In this document: positions 10,674 through 20,833 of the stretch, piece by piece
How the letters are laid out: the number at the start of each line of letters is the position of its first letter
How positions within the stretch are numbered: position 1 is the stretch's first letter
Source: Nitrospirota bacterium
Lineage (GTDB): Bacteria > Nitrospirota > UBA9217
Assembly: GCA_963845065.1 (NCBI GenBank)
Contig: CAWJQQ010000006.1
Span: 224,001-288,000 of the forward strand
Direction of reading: 5' to 3'
Length of the DNA: 64,000 bases
Position numbers and translations under genes: made by a program
The notes under the pieces: generated by a model
What the model was told of the DNA's origin: nothing
Seen by the model: only the letters and a program-made list of their open reading frames with translations
The model's database searches: none

Positions 10674-11600
10674 ATGAGCGTGAAGAATTTGAAAACTTAT
10701 ATTTTTGCGGTGGTTGTTATTACTGCGGTGATAATAGGCATTGCCAGCTGCGGCAGGAACGGTAAGCTGATAGGGATTAATGTGTTGCCGGAAAACTCCA
10801 GCATTATCCCCGGAAGCTCGCAACAATTTTTAGCCCAGGGGCTTTTATCAGACGGCTCTACCTATATTCTCTATCAAGCGGACTGGGGTTTATCGAGTAC
10901 TGCGACTGCAACGATCGGCACAACCGGCATTCTGGTTGCGTCCACAACCACGGGTACGGCTATAATTACGGCTGCTGACCCATACTCAAGTTTTACCGGC
11001 ACCACCATGCTCACTATTGATTTGCTCTCATCCATTACGGTAACCCCATCCAACCCGAGTATGACTCCGGGGTTAACTTATCAGTTCACTGCCGAAGGAA
11101 ATATTAGGAATTCTGAAACTCAGCTTCTAACAAACTATGTGACGTGGACGTCGTTAAATCCTGCGGTTGCAACAGTCGTGAGTACCCCCGGCATAGACAT
11201 CATTGGCACTGGTGTTGTAACTTCTATCGCTACGGGTACTGCAATCATTCAGGCTACTGACCCAATTTCGGGGATCGTCGGCACCACAACGCTTATTGTT
11301 ACTTCGGTACCGCTTGCAGGTGCACTATTAAATCCCATTAATCCAATCGTTGCAGCAAATGGGACGGCCCTGCAGTTTACCTTAACGGGGACATACGCTG
11401 ATGGCACAACACGTAACTGGACATCGTCGGCAATCTGGAGTTCGTCAAATACCGCAGTTGCAACTATTGACGTTAATGGTTTGGCTACGCCGGTAGCCGC
11501 CGGTACAACGGTTATTGCTGCGGAGGATCCGATAACGAAAATCATTGCAAGCACGACCTTAACAGTTACATTGGAAAATGGGACGGTTATAACTCCCTAG
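10674..11600 (+). CDS. Lipoprotein with three bacterial Ig-like (Big_2) repeats
   Basis: Signal peptide with lipobox IAS-C; three repeats of P.NP...G...QF.A.G...WTS.N.AVAT...G.A.I.A.DP. Confidence 0.8.
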   Translation: MSVKNLKTYIFAVVVITAVIIGIASCGRNGKLIGINVLPENSSIIPGSSQQFLAQGLLSDGSTYILYQADWGLSSTATATIGTTGILVASTTTGTAIITAADPYSSFTGTTMLTIDLLSSITVTPSNPSMTPGLTYQFTAEGNIRNSETQLLTNYVTWTSLNPAVATVVSTPGIDIIGTGVVTSIATGTAIIQATDPISGIVGTTTLIVTSVPLAGALLNPINPIVAANGTALQFTLTGTYADGTTRNWTSSAIWSSSNTAVATIDVNGLATPVAAGTTVIAAEDPITKIIASTTLTVTLENGTVITP

Positions 11601-11881
11601 AAAAGATTATGTTCATGTAATTTAGACGGCTTGGACGGTCGTCTTGTAAACTTTTTATTTCATTATCGTAGGCCGGGGACATGTGAAAAAATGCTCTGTT
11701 GGTTGGCATTTGTAAATCGAAAAAACGGTGGGTTTTCTCATGAGACACAAAGAACGCAAATACAGTCAAACCTGTTGTCGACAATGGGTAACACCATATT
11801 TCAGAGTTGATTCTTCAGATCAATTTTTTCCCTATACTCTCCATGCTTAAACGCTCTTCTTGGTACATTCAGCCTGCCGGC

Positions 11882-13813
11882 TCACGCCAGTTTTTTTCTA
11901 GCCTCGAACTCCCGCTTTACCGTCGGGAAGGCATTCAAGTCTGTATGGGGCAGAAAGAGCGCCGACATATATTCATCCATGAAACTACGCGAGACCGATA
12001 ACTCAACATAGGTCATTCTCTTTGCGATCTCTTCAGCCTCATGCCGCAGGCGGTCGCACAGGAGACCGTAGTAGGCGCCCATGATGGCTGTGTTCCCGAG
12101 GAATTGGAATTTGTCCAGCGCTAAATCGGGTAGCATGCCGATAGTGATGGCGCGCTCAACGTCGATGTACCGGCCGAACCCTCCGGCAATATAAAGCTTT
12201 TGTACGTCGCTGAACTTCATCCCCATATGCGACAACAGCGTGGCAAAGCCCGCGTATATCGCTGCCTTGGCGCGGATCAGGTTATCCAAGTCTACTTCCG
12301 TTATCACAATCTCCTTGTTGATGGCGCTCTCAATGCGCCAGGCAAGCACGTATTCCAGGCCGCTCTCTCCTCTCCGCACTCGATTGGACCCGATCTCCTC
12401 ACGGATCTTACCCTTCTGATCGATGACTCCGTTCAAGTACATTTCGGCAAGAACATCGATCATGCCAGAGCCGCAGATGCCGATGGGCTTCACATCGCCG
12501 ATTACCTGGTAGTTCACGTCATACGTCTTGCCGTTGATCTCGACTTCTTCGATGGCCCCTTCCATGGCGCGCATGCCGAACTTGATGCCGCTCCCCTCGA
12601 ATGCGGGACCCGCGGAACACGCCGCCGTCACGAGCCAGTCCTTGTTGCCAAGCACGATCTCGCCATTGGTGCCCACATCAATGAAGAGCGAAACCTGCTC
12701 TTGCTTGTGGATCTGCGACACTAGTACACCCGCGGTAATATCACCGCCCACATAGCTGGCCACGTTCGGCATGGAGTAGATGAGCGCCTGTGGGTCGAGT
12801 TGGAAGCCCACGCTCTTCCCGCGAACGAGCGGGAAAAAAGTTGCAACAGGGATATAAGGCGCCTCGCGGATGTGCTGAGGGTCGATGCCGTAAAAAAGGT
12901 GCGTCATAGTAGTGTTGCCCGCAACCACGATATAATCGATCATCCCCGGGGAAATGCCGTTTTTTTCTGCTAGCTCCGCGAGCATTGTGTTGATATTGCC
13001 CAATACGAGGTCCTGCAGTTCCTTCAGACCGTTCCGTTCCGAGGCGTAAACGATACGTGTAATTACGTCGTCGCCGCACTTCGATTGACTGTTGTACGTC
13101 GAAGCTGTGCCGATAACGTTGCCGCTTTTCATTTCTACGAGGTATACGACCACGGTCGTGGTCCCGATATCGATTGCCGCACCATAACGTTGGCGGGTCA
13201 CTTCTCCTGGGTAAATGTCGAGCACCTCGAGCACAGCGCCAACGTTGAAGCACGATACCGTCACCTTCCAATTGCCATCACGCAGCACATGCGCCAGTTT
13301 GGAAAGCACCTGGTAACTCATTTGCAGGTGCACGGCGTCAAAGCCTGCATTGTCCAGTGCACGTCGGAGACGCTCATAATCCGCGATGTTGTCGTCGATG
13401 GTGGGAGGAGTGATGTCGAGGTAGATGCGGATCATGCGAGAGTCAAGGCACCCGCCCGCGGCCTTCATGAGCTGTCGAATCTCCTCGGACTTCGCGCCTG
13501 TTGCGATCTTATGTTTGGCCTGCATGCGCGATTCCGGTGGGATAATAACGACAAGATCGCTCTCAATGTGCGAATGACAGGCAAGCACATACCCGCGTCC
13601 GATCTCCTCGGAGGTCAGGTAGGACTGGGACTTTCCGATCTCAACATCTCCTTCTTTAATGACGACTTTGCATTTGCCGCAATTGCCTTTCCCACCGCAG
13701 GACGAGAGCACATAAACGCCCGCGGCCTTGACGGCCCTGAAAAGATTGGTATTGTCATCCACATTGACGGTGATGTTGTCCGGTAAAAATGTAATTTGTC
13801 GTTTCACCTGCAC
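11882..13813 (-). CDS. Reductive activator of corrinoid proteins (RACo/AcsV, ASKHA/DUF4445) with N-terminal 2Fe-2S domain
   Basis: CGGKGNCGKC...LAC ferredoxin; DIGTTT, DVGTNGE, SAGPAFEG, GICGSG and AGGFG motifs. Confidence 0.92.
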   Translation of the reverse strand: MQVKRQITFLPDNITVNVDDNTNLFRAVKAAGVYVLSSCGGKGNCGKCKVVIKEGDVEIGKSQSYLTSEEIGRGYVLACHSHIESDLVVIIPPESRMQAKHKIATGAKSEEIRQLMKAAGGCLDSRMIRIYLDITPPTIDDNIADYERLRRALDNAGFDAVHLQMSYQVLSKLAHVLRDGNWKVTVSCFNVGAVLEVLDIYPGEVTRQRYGAAIDIGTTTVVVYLVEMKSGNVIGTASTYNSQSKCGDDVITRIVYASERNGLKELQDLVLGNINTMLAELAEKNGISPGMIDYIVVAGNTTMTHLFYGIDPQHIREAPYIPVATFFPLVRGKSVGFQLDPQALIYSMPNVASYVGGDITAGVLVSQIHKQEQVSLFIDVGTNGEIVLGNKDWLVTAACSAGPAFEGSGIKFGMRAMEGAIEEVEINGKTYDVNYQVIGDVKPIGICGSGMIDVLAEMYLNGVIDQKGKIREEIGSNRVRRGESGLEYVLAWRIESAINKEIVITEVDLDNLIRAKAAIYAGFATLLSHMGMKFSDVQKLYIAGGFGRYIDVERAITIGMLPDLALDKFQFLGNTAIMGAYYGLLCDRLRHEAEEIAKRMTYVELSVSRSFMDEYMSALFLPHTDLNAFPTVKREFEARKKLA

Positions 13814-14054
13814 AGGCTCCTCCCCAGTATACTCGCCTTCGACGTGAGAAACATGATGGTTGGTAACAGTATATAACTTCCACCGATTTCATTCTCCAGA
13901 GTGAACACCGGTCCATCAATGAATTATCGGTGAATATAACAGGGTGCGGAACAAGGGTCAAGGGGATTCTGAACCGGAGATTCTTAGCGGGGGACCGGAG
14001 TTTCGCTGTGTTCTGGAACTGTGGCAGGAGCGGTGAATCTCTCAGTCGATGTCA

Positions 14055-14083
14055 TTGACATCGTTCGGGAGATTTATTATTAT
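14055..14083 (+). promoter_or_regulatory. sigma70-type promoter for the NlpC/P60 gene (near-leaderless)
   Basis: TTGACA-17 nt-TATTAT-7 nt-ATG(14091). Confidence 0.6.
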
Positions 14084-14090
14084 GGAAACA

Positions 14091-14579
14091 ATGCCGGTAA
14101 ACACGACGATGATTCAAAAATTATTTTTTATTGCCGCAGCATTGAGTATCGGCCTGTCTTTGTTTGCCTGCGCCTTCGCGCCTATGAAACTTGTAGTTGG
14201 TTACACGCCTGCCATCGGCGAAAAGGCGGCCCGAACCGCTGTCGCGATGATCGGCAGACCCTACAAATATAGCGGCGACAGCCCCGAAGGCTTTGACTGC
14301 AGCGGTCTGGTGCGATACAGTTATTTAGCTGCCGGATTAGACGTACCGCACAGAACGAAGGATTTAAGGAACGCGAGCAACCCCGTGGGCTACCCAAAAA
14401 TTCGGAGGGGCGATCTCCTTTTTTTTGAGGAACGAGGGGTAAAATACTCTCATGTCGGCATCTATATCGGCAACGATCACTTTGTCCACGCTCCCAGCAC
14501 GGGCCAGAAGGTCCGCAAAGACAGTCTCCGGGACGCCTTCTGGAAAAAATCCTTCCTGGAAGCGCGCAGATTTCATTGA
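14091..14579 (+). CDS. NlpC/P60 (C40) cell-wall peptidase, probable lipoprotein
   Basis: PY.YSG...GFDCSGLV, GDLLFF and HVGIYIG...FVHA motifs; LFAC lipobox. Start inferred from promoter position. Confidence 0.9.
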   Translation: MPVNTTMIQKLFFIAAALSIGLSLFACAFAPMKLVVGYTPAIGEKAARTAVAMIGRPYKYSGDSPEGFDCSGLVRYSYLAAGLDVPHRTKDLRNASNPVGYPKIRRGDLLFFEERGVKYSHVGIYIGNDHFVHAPSTGQKVRKDSLRDAFWKKSFLEARRFH

Positions 14580-14755
14580 TACCTGTTAAACCGAGTCGTT
14601 TAATACAAAGTAATCAACACTCTGCTACTCTAAAAAATATGTTATGGCTTTCTGTCTCCTTTTTTGGGTCCGACCTTTTCGAAAATATTTATTGCCGCTT
14701 GGGGGAAAGGTTTTTCGTCGTCAATTCGTGACTTTGCGGGAAACTGATTGTTCAA

Positions 14756-15517
14756 TTACTTCTTTGACTTTCTTCTCGCTTTCTTTATCTCCTCGCGTTC
14801 CTTTGCCTGCATCTGTACCAACCCGCTCCAGAGCCCATAAAGCAGGACCTGTAGGCCGATTACGATCAGAAAGCCTGCGCGCATGACATAGCCCATCGAG
14901 TCTGCAAACCGTACGGTCGTCTCCTCTATCGTCCGGTAGAGGATGACCATGTTCGTCATCGACGTAATGAGCGTGACTGCCGCTCCCGCTAATACGCCTT
15001 CGAGCATGGCATTGCCCTTTGAGGTATGGCCGATCCAGCTGCCTGTCACTAAGCTGGTGATGACGGCAACAAGTGCGAGCAGAAATACACCGTCTTTGCC
15101 CACAAACCAGGGATAGTCTCCCCTCAGGAACCTGCCGACAGTCTCGATGGTGAACTTGCCGTAGACGTCTGTGAAGGACTGCCCGCTGAACTGGATAAAC
15201 AGCACTACCAGGAAGATTTCCACGGAAAACTTGGTGAAGAAGCTGACTGCGACGTCGATGATGACCTTCCCGGTCGTGATACCTGCATCAACGCCCGCAG
15301 GGGCGATCTTTGTTTCATCTCTCGGGTTTGCGGACGTACCCTTGACGGACCTGCCCTTCTTACGATGCTCTAGGACTTCATAAATGATTGCATAGAGGAT
15401 TGGTACGAGGGGAAGTATCTTGTTGGTGTAAAATTCAAGATCAAAAGCGCGGCTCAGAGTCACGAGGCCGATAGCGCTTCCGATAGCGATGGTAAAACTG
15501 AGGAAAAGATTGCCCAT
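14756..15517 (-). CDS. Hypothetical multi-pass membrane protein
   Basis: 253-aa ORF with about six hydrophobic segments and a basic C-terminus. Confidence 0.7.
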   Translation of the reverse strand: MGNLFLSFTIAIGSAIGLVTLSRAFDLEFYTNKILPLVPILYAIIYEVLEHRKKGRSVKGTSANPRDETKIAPAGVDAGITTGKVIIDVAVSFFTKFSVEIFLVVLFIQFSGQSFTDVYGKFTIETVGRFLRGDYPWFVGKDGVFLLALVAVITSLVTGSWIGHTSKGNAMLEGVLAGAAVTLITSMTNMVILYRTIEETTVRFADSMGYVMRAGFLIVIGLQVLLYGLWSGLVQMQAKEREEIKKARRKSKK

Positions 15518-15679
15518 AGATTTGAAACTTACGAGTCAATGCTTATTTATTGAAAAAATACAATTACCGCGAGGACACCAGAAACGCGAAAAAAATCTTT
15601 AAAATTAAACTCTTAATAAAAATTAACCTGTATACGTCTTTCTTCTCGACCGCTGCGGACTCTCTGAACGCCTGTTTTT

Positions 15680-16399
15680 CTACCGTAAGTCGCCATCGCT
15701 GTTTGATGGTGCAGTATCCGGCTTACCTGGGCTAGACGAGGATTTCTTCCTTGCGTATGCTTCCAGCTTTATATAGAAATCCTTGCCCATGAACGTCTCG
15801 ATGGTCTTTTTAAGGCTCTTGTACATGGGCTTGCCCGACGGTTCAGTCATGCATTTGATGTGATTCAGGTAGGGTGTGTCCTGAATGGAGATAACTTTTT
15901 TGCCTTTTTCGGTTGTGTAGAACGCAAGGGGATACTGAACGCAGTCGGCAAATTTGAATTCCTCCCAGACCATTCCCTTCTCTATGGCATAGCTATGGAC
16001 GCTGCAATACCTCATGCCATCCTTATTCGTGTAAATCAGGGCACAGTCGTTGTTGAACAGGAGCACACAGCGGAAATCCTGGCCTCCGAAGTTTCTGCGG
16101 ATGGCCTGGGCCTCATCTTCGTGGATCACGCAGCCGGTCGGACACTGGGTTTTGCACGTTCCAAGGATAGACCCGTTCTTTTTGATTGCGTTGCAGTTCT
16201 CCGGTGAGAGATAGGCGAGAATGCCTTCGAGGTGCGCCTCGACCTTTTTCGCTTCCGCTGGCGGGACGATGCATGAGCGGTAACAGCACATGGACTTACA
16301 GTCGTATTTTTCCACGTCGCACGTGTAGGGACGGGTAAATATCTCGGGATTAACAAGTACGGAAGCGATCTCGACGAAGCCTTTTTGGTCAGATGACAT
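15680..16399 (-). CDS. Cys-rich DUF3109/YkgJ-like putative metal- or Fe-S-binding protein
   Basis: GGAGG SD; C...CKSMCC, CALIY...CSVH and CVQYPL pattern; 14 Cys. Confidence 0.65.
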   Translation of the reverse strand: MSSDQKGFVEIASVLVNPEIFTRPYTCDVEKYDCKSMCCYRSCIVPPAEAKKVEAHLEGILAYLSPENCNAIKKNGSILGTCKTQCPTGCVIHEDEAQAIRRNFGGQDFRCVLLFNNDCALIYTNKDGMRYCSVHSYAIEKGMVWEEFKFADCVQYPLAFYTTEKGKKVISIQDTPYLNHIKCMTEPSGKPMYKSLKKTIETFMGKDFYIKLEAYARKKSSSSPGKPDTAPSNSDGDLR

Positions 16400-16709
16400 G
16401 AATTTCCTCCACAACCAAGCCGATATTTATTGTTGAGACCTGCTTTGAGCGTGTCAACGTGTTCAGAGTGAGCTGCGCACAGCTCGGTTTCCCTCTTTTT
16501 GCTTACCTAGCGCCCGGCAGTGAAAGGCATTTTAAGACAGTCAGCGGAGGATGTAAAGTTTTTTTTCTTTCTTTTTGATTTTCTCTTGCATTTGATGAAA
16601 AAAAGAGTATATTGCGAAACAAAAATGAGCCCGTAGGAATCTCTTTTCGTCGCTCACGAGGCATTATCACGGCGCTCTGAAAAAAAATGAGCGCGAATCA
16701 TTTTTATTC

Positions 16710-16885
16710 TTGACAAAGAGTTGTATTTTTGATAAATGAAAACTAATTATGGTGTTGTTGGCGCCGTCTGAAATTTAGGCGGGTTGGATTCGAACTTCAA
16801 ACCCTTCCGTGAGAACGGACGGTGGTGCTCGCAGACCCTGCGAAACGCGTGGGTAGTTCGGCGGGCGGAGAAGGAGGCAAACAGG
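16710..16885 (+). promoter_or_regulatory. Promoter and structured 5' leader of the speD operon
   Basis: TTGACA at 16710, then about 140 nt containing several hairpins (including TCCGT-GAGA-ACGGA) before an AAGGAGG SD. Confidence 0.55.
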
Positions 16886-17287
16886 TTGCACGCGTTGGGC
16901 ACTCATCTGTTGTTGGAGTTGAGGGATTGCAACCCCAAGACCCTAGGTAATTTAGAGTTTGTACAAGAAACACTCAAAAATGCAGCCCTTGAGGCAAAAG
17001 CGACAATAGTTGAGGTCGCTTTCCACGAGTTCAGTCCCTTTGGCATCAGCGGGATGGTGGTAATCGCTGAATCCCATCTTTCAATCCACACGTGGCCAGA
17101 ATATGGCTACGCCGCAGCTGATGTCTTCACTTGCGGGGACCTTATAGATCCCCGTGTCGCAGCAAAATTCCTTATCGAAAAGTTTCAATGTCAAAACCCC
17201 TCCATTATTGAGATGAAGCGGGGAATCCTCGGCCACAAGAAGCTTCCGCACAAACCAATCGTACAAGGAGAGCTGGTTTCAGCATGA
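16886..17287 (+). CDS. speD: S-adenosylmethionine decarboxylase proenzyme
   Basis: TTG start after AAGGAGG; FSPFGISG...ESHLSIHTWPE...DVFTCG. Confidence 0.95.
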   Translation: MHALGTHLLLELRDCNPKTLGNLEFVQETLKNAALEAKATIVEVAFHEFSPFGISGMVVIAESHLSIHTWPEYGYAAADVFTCGDLIDPRVAAKFLIEKFQCQNPSIIEMKRGILGHKKLPHKPIVQGELVSA

Positions 17288-18204
17288 TCGAACCGAAGAG
17301 CTACAAGTGGTTCATTGAGTATACGAGCCCCCAGGAAGGCCATATCCATGGGATACGTACTATTCACTACGCGAGCCAGACCAAATATCAGAACATGGAG
17401 ATCATTGAAAGCGGGAGCTACGGCCGGTGCCTCGTCTTGGATGGAAAGATGCAGTCGTCCTTTACCGACGAGTTCATTTACCATGAGGCGCTGGTCCATC
17501 CTGCCCTTTTGACCCATCCGAACCCGAAGCGGGTCTTCATCGTAGGCGGAGGCGAAGGGGCCACGCTCCGAGAAGTACTTCGCCACAAGAGCGTCGAGTA
17601 CTGCATGATGGTGGACATCGATCAGGAAGTGGTTGAAAAGTCCAAGGAACTGCTTCCCGAATGGCACCAGGGCGCATTTGATGACCCACGTACAGATCTG
17701 CGGTACATGGATGCCCGTAAGTATTTGGAAGAGACCACGGACAATTATGATACTATCATAATTGATATTTCTGAACCCGTTGAAGAAGGCCCGGCCTACC
17801 TCCTGTTCACGCGCGAGTTCTATGAGATCGTAAAAGAGCGCCTGACACCAGACGGCACGATCGCTCTTCAGGCTGGTACCACAGCCCTGCACCAGCTTTT
17901 AAACTTTACTGCCGTAAACAAGACTCTGAACGCGGTTTTCCCAGTTGTCACCCCCTACAATGTATGCATCCCGTCATTTGGTCTTCCCTGGGGCTTTACG
18001 CTGGCTTCCAAGAACATTGACCCCAGCAAGTTTACTCCCCATCATGTGGACGAGCTGGTCAAGAAGCGGATCAAGGGCGAAAACAGGTATTATGACGGCA
18101 TTACAAATCAGGGCATGTACATGCTGCCGAAGCACATTCGCAAGGCCATGGCCGAAGAAACAAAAATAATCGAAGACAACGCTCCGCTTTTCACCTATCA
18201 TTAA
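17284..18204 (+). CDS. speE: Polyamine aminopropyltransferase (spermidine synthase)
   Basis: LVLDG..Q...DEFIYHEALVHP, GGGEGATLRE and VDID motifs; ATGA overlap with speD. Confidence 0.95.
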   Translation: MIEPKSYKWFIEYTSPQEGHIHGIRTIHYASQTKYQNMEIIESGSYGRCLVLDGKMQSSFTDEFIYHEALVHPALLTHPNPKRVFIVGGGEGATLREVLRHKSVEYCMMVDIDQEVVEKSKELLPEWHQGAFDDPRTDLRYMDARKYLEETTDNYDTIIIDISEPVEEGPAYLLFTREFYEIVKERLTPDGTIALQAGTTALHQLLNFTAVNKTLNAVFPVVTPYNVCIPSFGLPWGFTLASKNIDPSKFTPHHVDELVKKRIKGENRYYDGITNQGMYMLPKHIRKAMAEETKIIEDNAPLFTYH

Positions 18205-18210
18205 GAGGCC

Positions 18211-19695
18211 ATGAACCCTCCTCCCATACGATCCGAGGATGAGCAGTTCCGCACACCCTTGTTTGACGCTATGGTCAATCTTGCGGAGAGCCGCAAGGTA
18301 TCCTTCCACACCCCCGGACATAAAAGCGGTAAAGGCATAACTACCCGCTTCCGCAAGTTCGTGGGACCGCGCATTTTTTCCATCGACTTAACCACCCTTG
18401 ACGAAGTAGACTCCTTGCAGAACCCTACCGGCGTGATTAAAGAAGCCCAGGAACTGGCTGCTAAGGCAGCTGGGGCGGACCGCTCCTACTTTCTTGTGAA
18501 TGGAACGACCGTAGGCAACCATGCCATGGTGGCGTCCACAACCGGTCCTGGGGACAAGGTCCTGATAGCCAGAAATTGCCACCGTTCAGTACTTACCGGT
18601 CTCATCATGAGCGGCGCCCAACCGATCTTTTTCCAACCAGCTTTTGACCGGGACTTGAAGCTTACCCTGAACGTCAAATTCGAAACCGTAAGGCAGGCAA
18701 TTGATGCAAACCCGGGTGCCCGTGCTCTACTGATCACTAGCCCCGACTATTATGGGCTCTGCGCAGACATTGAAAAAATCATACCCTATGCTCACGAGAA
18801 GGGCCTTATCGTGTTCGTGGACGAAGCTCACGGTCCGCATCTCAAGTTCAACCCCAAGTTACCCAAATGTGCCCTGGAATCCGGTGCTGACCTTTGCGTC
18901 CAATCTACCCACAAGATCGTCGGCGGCATGACTCAGGCGTCAATGCTCCATATAAAGGCAGGCAGAATCAATATCGACGACGTGACGAACACACTTAAAC
19001 TCCTCCAAACCACGAGCCCCTCCTACATCCTGATGGCGTCTTTGGACCTAGCTCGGATGCAGATGGCGACAGAGGGCAAGAAGCTCCTTAATCGGACTAT
19101 CAAACTCGCCGAGGAAGCCAGATCCAAAATCCAGAAAATCAACGGCATCGGCTGCTTTGGCAGGGAGGAGGCGAAGGCTGTCGGCATGGCTGACATGGAC
19201 GTGACGAAACTAACGATCACAGTATCGGATATGGGGCTTTCCGGCTACCACGTGTCCCAGTTCTTGAATAACAAATTCGGCATTCAGGTTGAGATGGCCG
19301 ACCCCTTTCATGTGCTTGTTATTGTTTCAATCGGCGACCGGCAGGACGACCTTGACCGTCTAGTGGAAGCCCTCCAGCAGATATCAGCAGAGACAGGACT
19401 TCAGGGAGCGCTCCTTCCCCTAGATAAGGTCCATCCGCCAATGCTTCAGAACCGCTACGCCATGACCCCGCGTAAGGCGTTCTATTCAGATAGTGAGTTG
19501 GTAAATGTGAAAGATTCCGTTGGCAGAGTTACAACGGAAATCGTGACCGTCTACCCTCCCGGCATCCCGCTGCTCGTGCCCGGTGAAGAGATCTCCCAAG
19601 ACGCTATAGACTACCTCCAGAACATGGCCGGCTTGGGTGCTATCATCGATGGCTTGAACGAGAACAACAGCCTCGTGCGCGTGGCAAAAGTATAA
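18211..19695 (+). CDS. Arginine/lysine/ornithine decarboxylase (PLP fold I)
   Basis: FHTPGHK, RNCHRS, DEAHG, QSTHK (PLP Lys), TTSPSY and YPPGIP motifs. Confidence 0.92.
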   Translation: MNPPPIRSEDEQFRTPLFDAMVNLAESRKVSFHTPGHKSGKGITTRFRKFVGPRIFSIDLTTLDEVDSLQNPTGVIKEAQELAAKAAGADRSYFLVNGTTVGNHAMVASTTGPGDKVLIARNCHRSVLTGLIMSGAQPIFFQPAFDRDLKLTLNVKFETVRQAIDANPGARALLITSPDYYGLCADIEKIIPYAHEKGLIVFVDEAHGPHLKFNPKLPKCALESGADLCVQSTHKIVGGMTQASMLHIKAGRINIDDVTNTLKLLQTTSPSYILMASLDLARMQMATEGKKLLNRTIKLAEEARSKIQKINGIGCFGREEAKAVGMADMDVTKLTITVSDMGLSGYHVSQFLNNKFGIQVEMADPFHVLVIVSIGDRQDDLDRLVEALQQISAETGLQGALLPLDKVHPPMLQNRYAMTPRKAFYSDSELVNVKDSVGRVTTEIVTVYPPGIPLLVPGEEISQDAIDYLQNMAGLGAIIDGLNENNSLVRVAKV

Positions 19696-19961
19696 TTCTG
19701 CACATTAGACATGTAATTTACACAAGGCGAATCTGTCTTTCCCTTCTCTTTTTTTACTCTATTCTTGCCACTCTTTTCTTAAAGTAATGTAATCACCTAT
19801 CCGGTAGCCCTGCACCTATCAGACACTATATTACCTATTTCATCGGCATTCCAGTGCATCGGTGACAAATTTTAATTATCCCAATCACGATATATTTTCA
19901 CATCCCGCTAGAGCATTAAAAAAGATAAAGACTTCTTGTGAATTGTGAGAGGAGCTACCAG

Positions 19962-20833
19962 ATGAAAACACTGATCATGTGGAACAGGTCTGGTAGGAAG
20001 CACGGTGTTATCTGGTCTACTGATGCGACGAGAATCCGTACGGATATTGAGTTATTCCCCGGATAAGCTAAAAAACTATCCAAAAACGTGGAAGGGGTAA
20101 GGGCGGACCTCGATGATCTTCATACGCTCGCTGCAATATTCGACGGCACGCCAACATATTCCTGCTGATTGCATTGGGACCGAACGAAAGCGAAGAAGGG
20201 CTCCTTACCGTGTCTGCAGCAAAGGCAGCTAAAGTAGCGAAGATTGTCTGTCTGTCAGCATACCTGAAGGGTCGAATAGAATACCGCACTTCAAAAACAA
20301 AATTCCGGCGGAGAATGCTATCAAGAATTCGATGATGGCGTATACGATCCTCCATCCGAACAATTTCTTCCAAAACGACCTGTGATTGAAGGACAGAATT
20401 CTGCAATATATCATCTATCCACAACCATAGGCCGCAACGGCCTTAACCGGGTCGATGTGCGCGATATTGCAGACAGCGCAATAACCTCACCCACGAAATC
20501 TGGTCACGAAGGCAGGACGTATGACGTCCACGGACCAATTACGATGACCAGCGAATTAACAGCCAGAACGTATTCAAACGAATTTGAAAAGGAAATTCGC
20601 TACGGCAGTGACGACCTCGATGTCTAGCCAGAAAAATCAAAAGGTATGAGGCTGCAGTTACTGATCGCTGACATGCGCTTTATATACCGGTTTCTCTAGA
20701 ACAATGTAATGATCTCCACTAAGAATGATGTCGAAATTACCGAGAAGCCCCTTGGCCGCAAGCTGTTCTCCTTTGATGACTTCTTAAAGGAGTTCGCTAT
20801 AGAGTGGAGAAGCAAAGCACCGCAGGCTGCATA
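19962..20833 (+). pseudogene. NmrA-like/SDR NAD(P)-binding protein pseudogene
   Basis: AGGAG SD; fragments MKTLI/GTGLVGSTV, IPHFKNK..E.AIK, YTILHPNNFFQNDL*, NRVDVRDIA and GHEGRTYDVHGP, with several frameshifts and stops. Confidence 0.8.

Noticed and set aside
16786..16795. tRNA T-loop-like GTTCGAATCC on the minus strand
   Set aside because: The flanks do not form a T-stem or cloverleaf.
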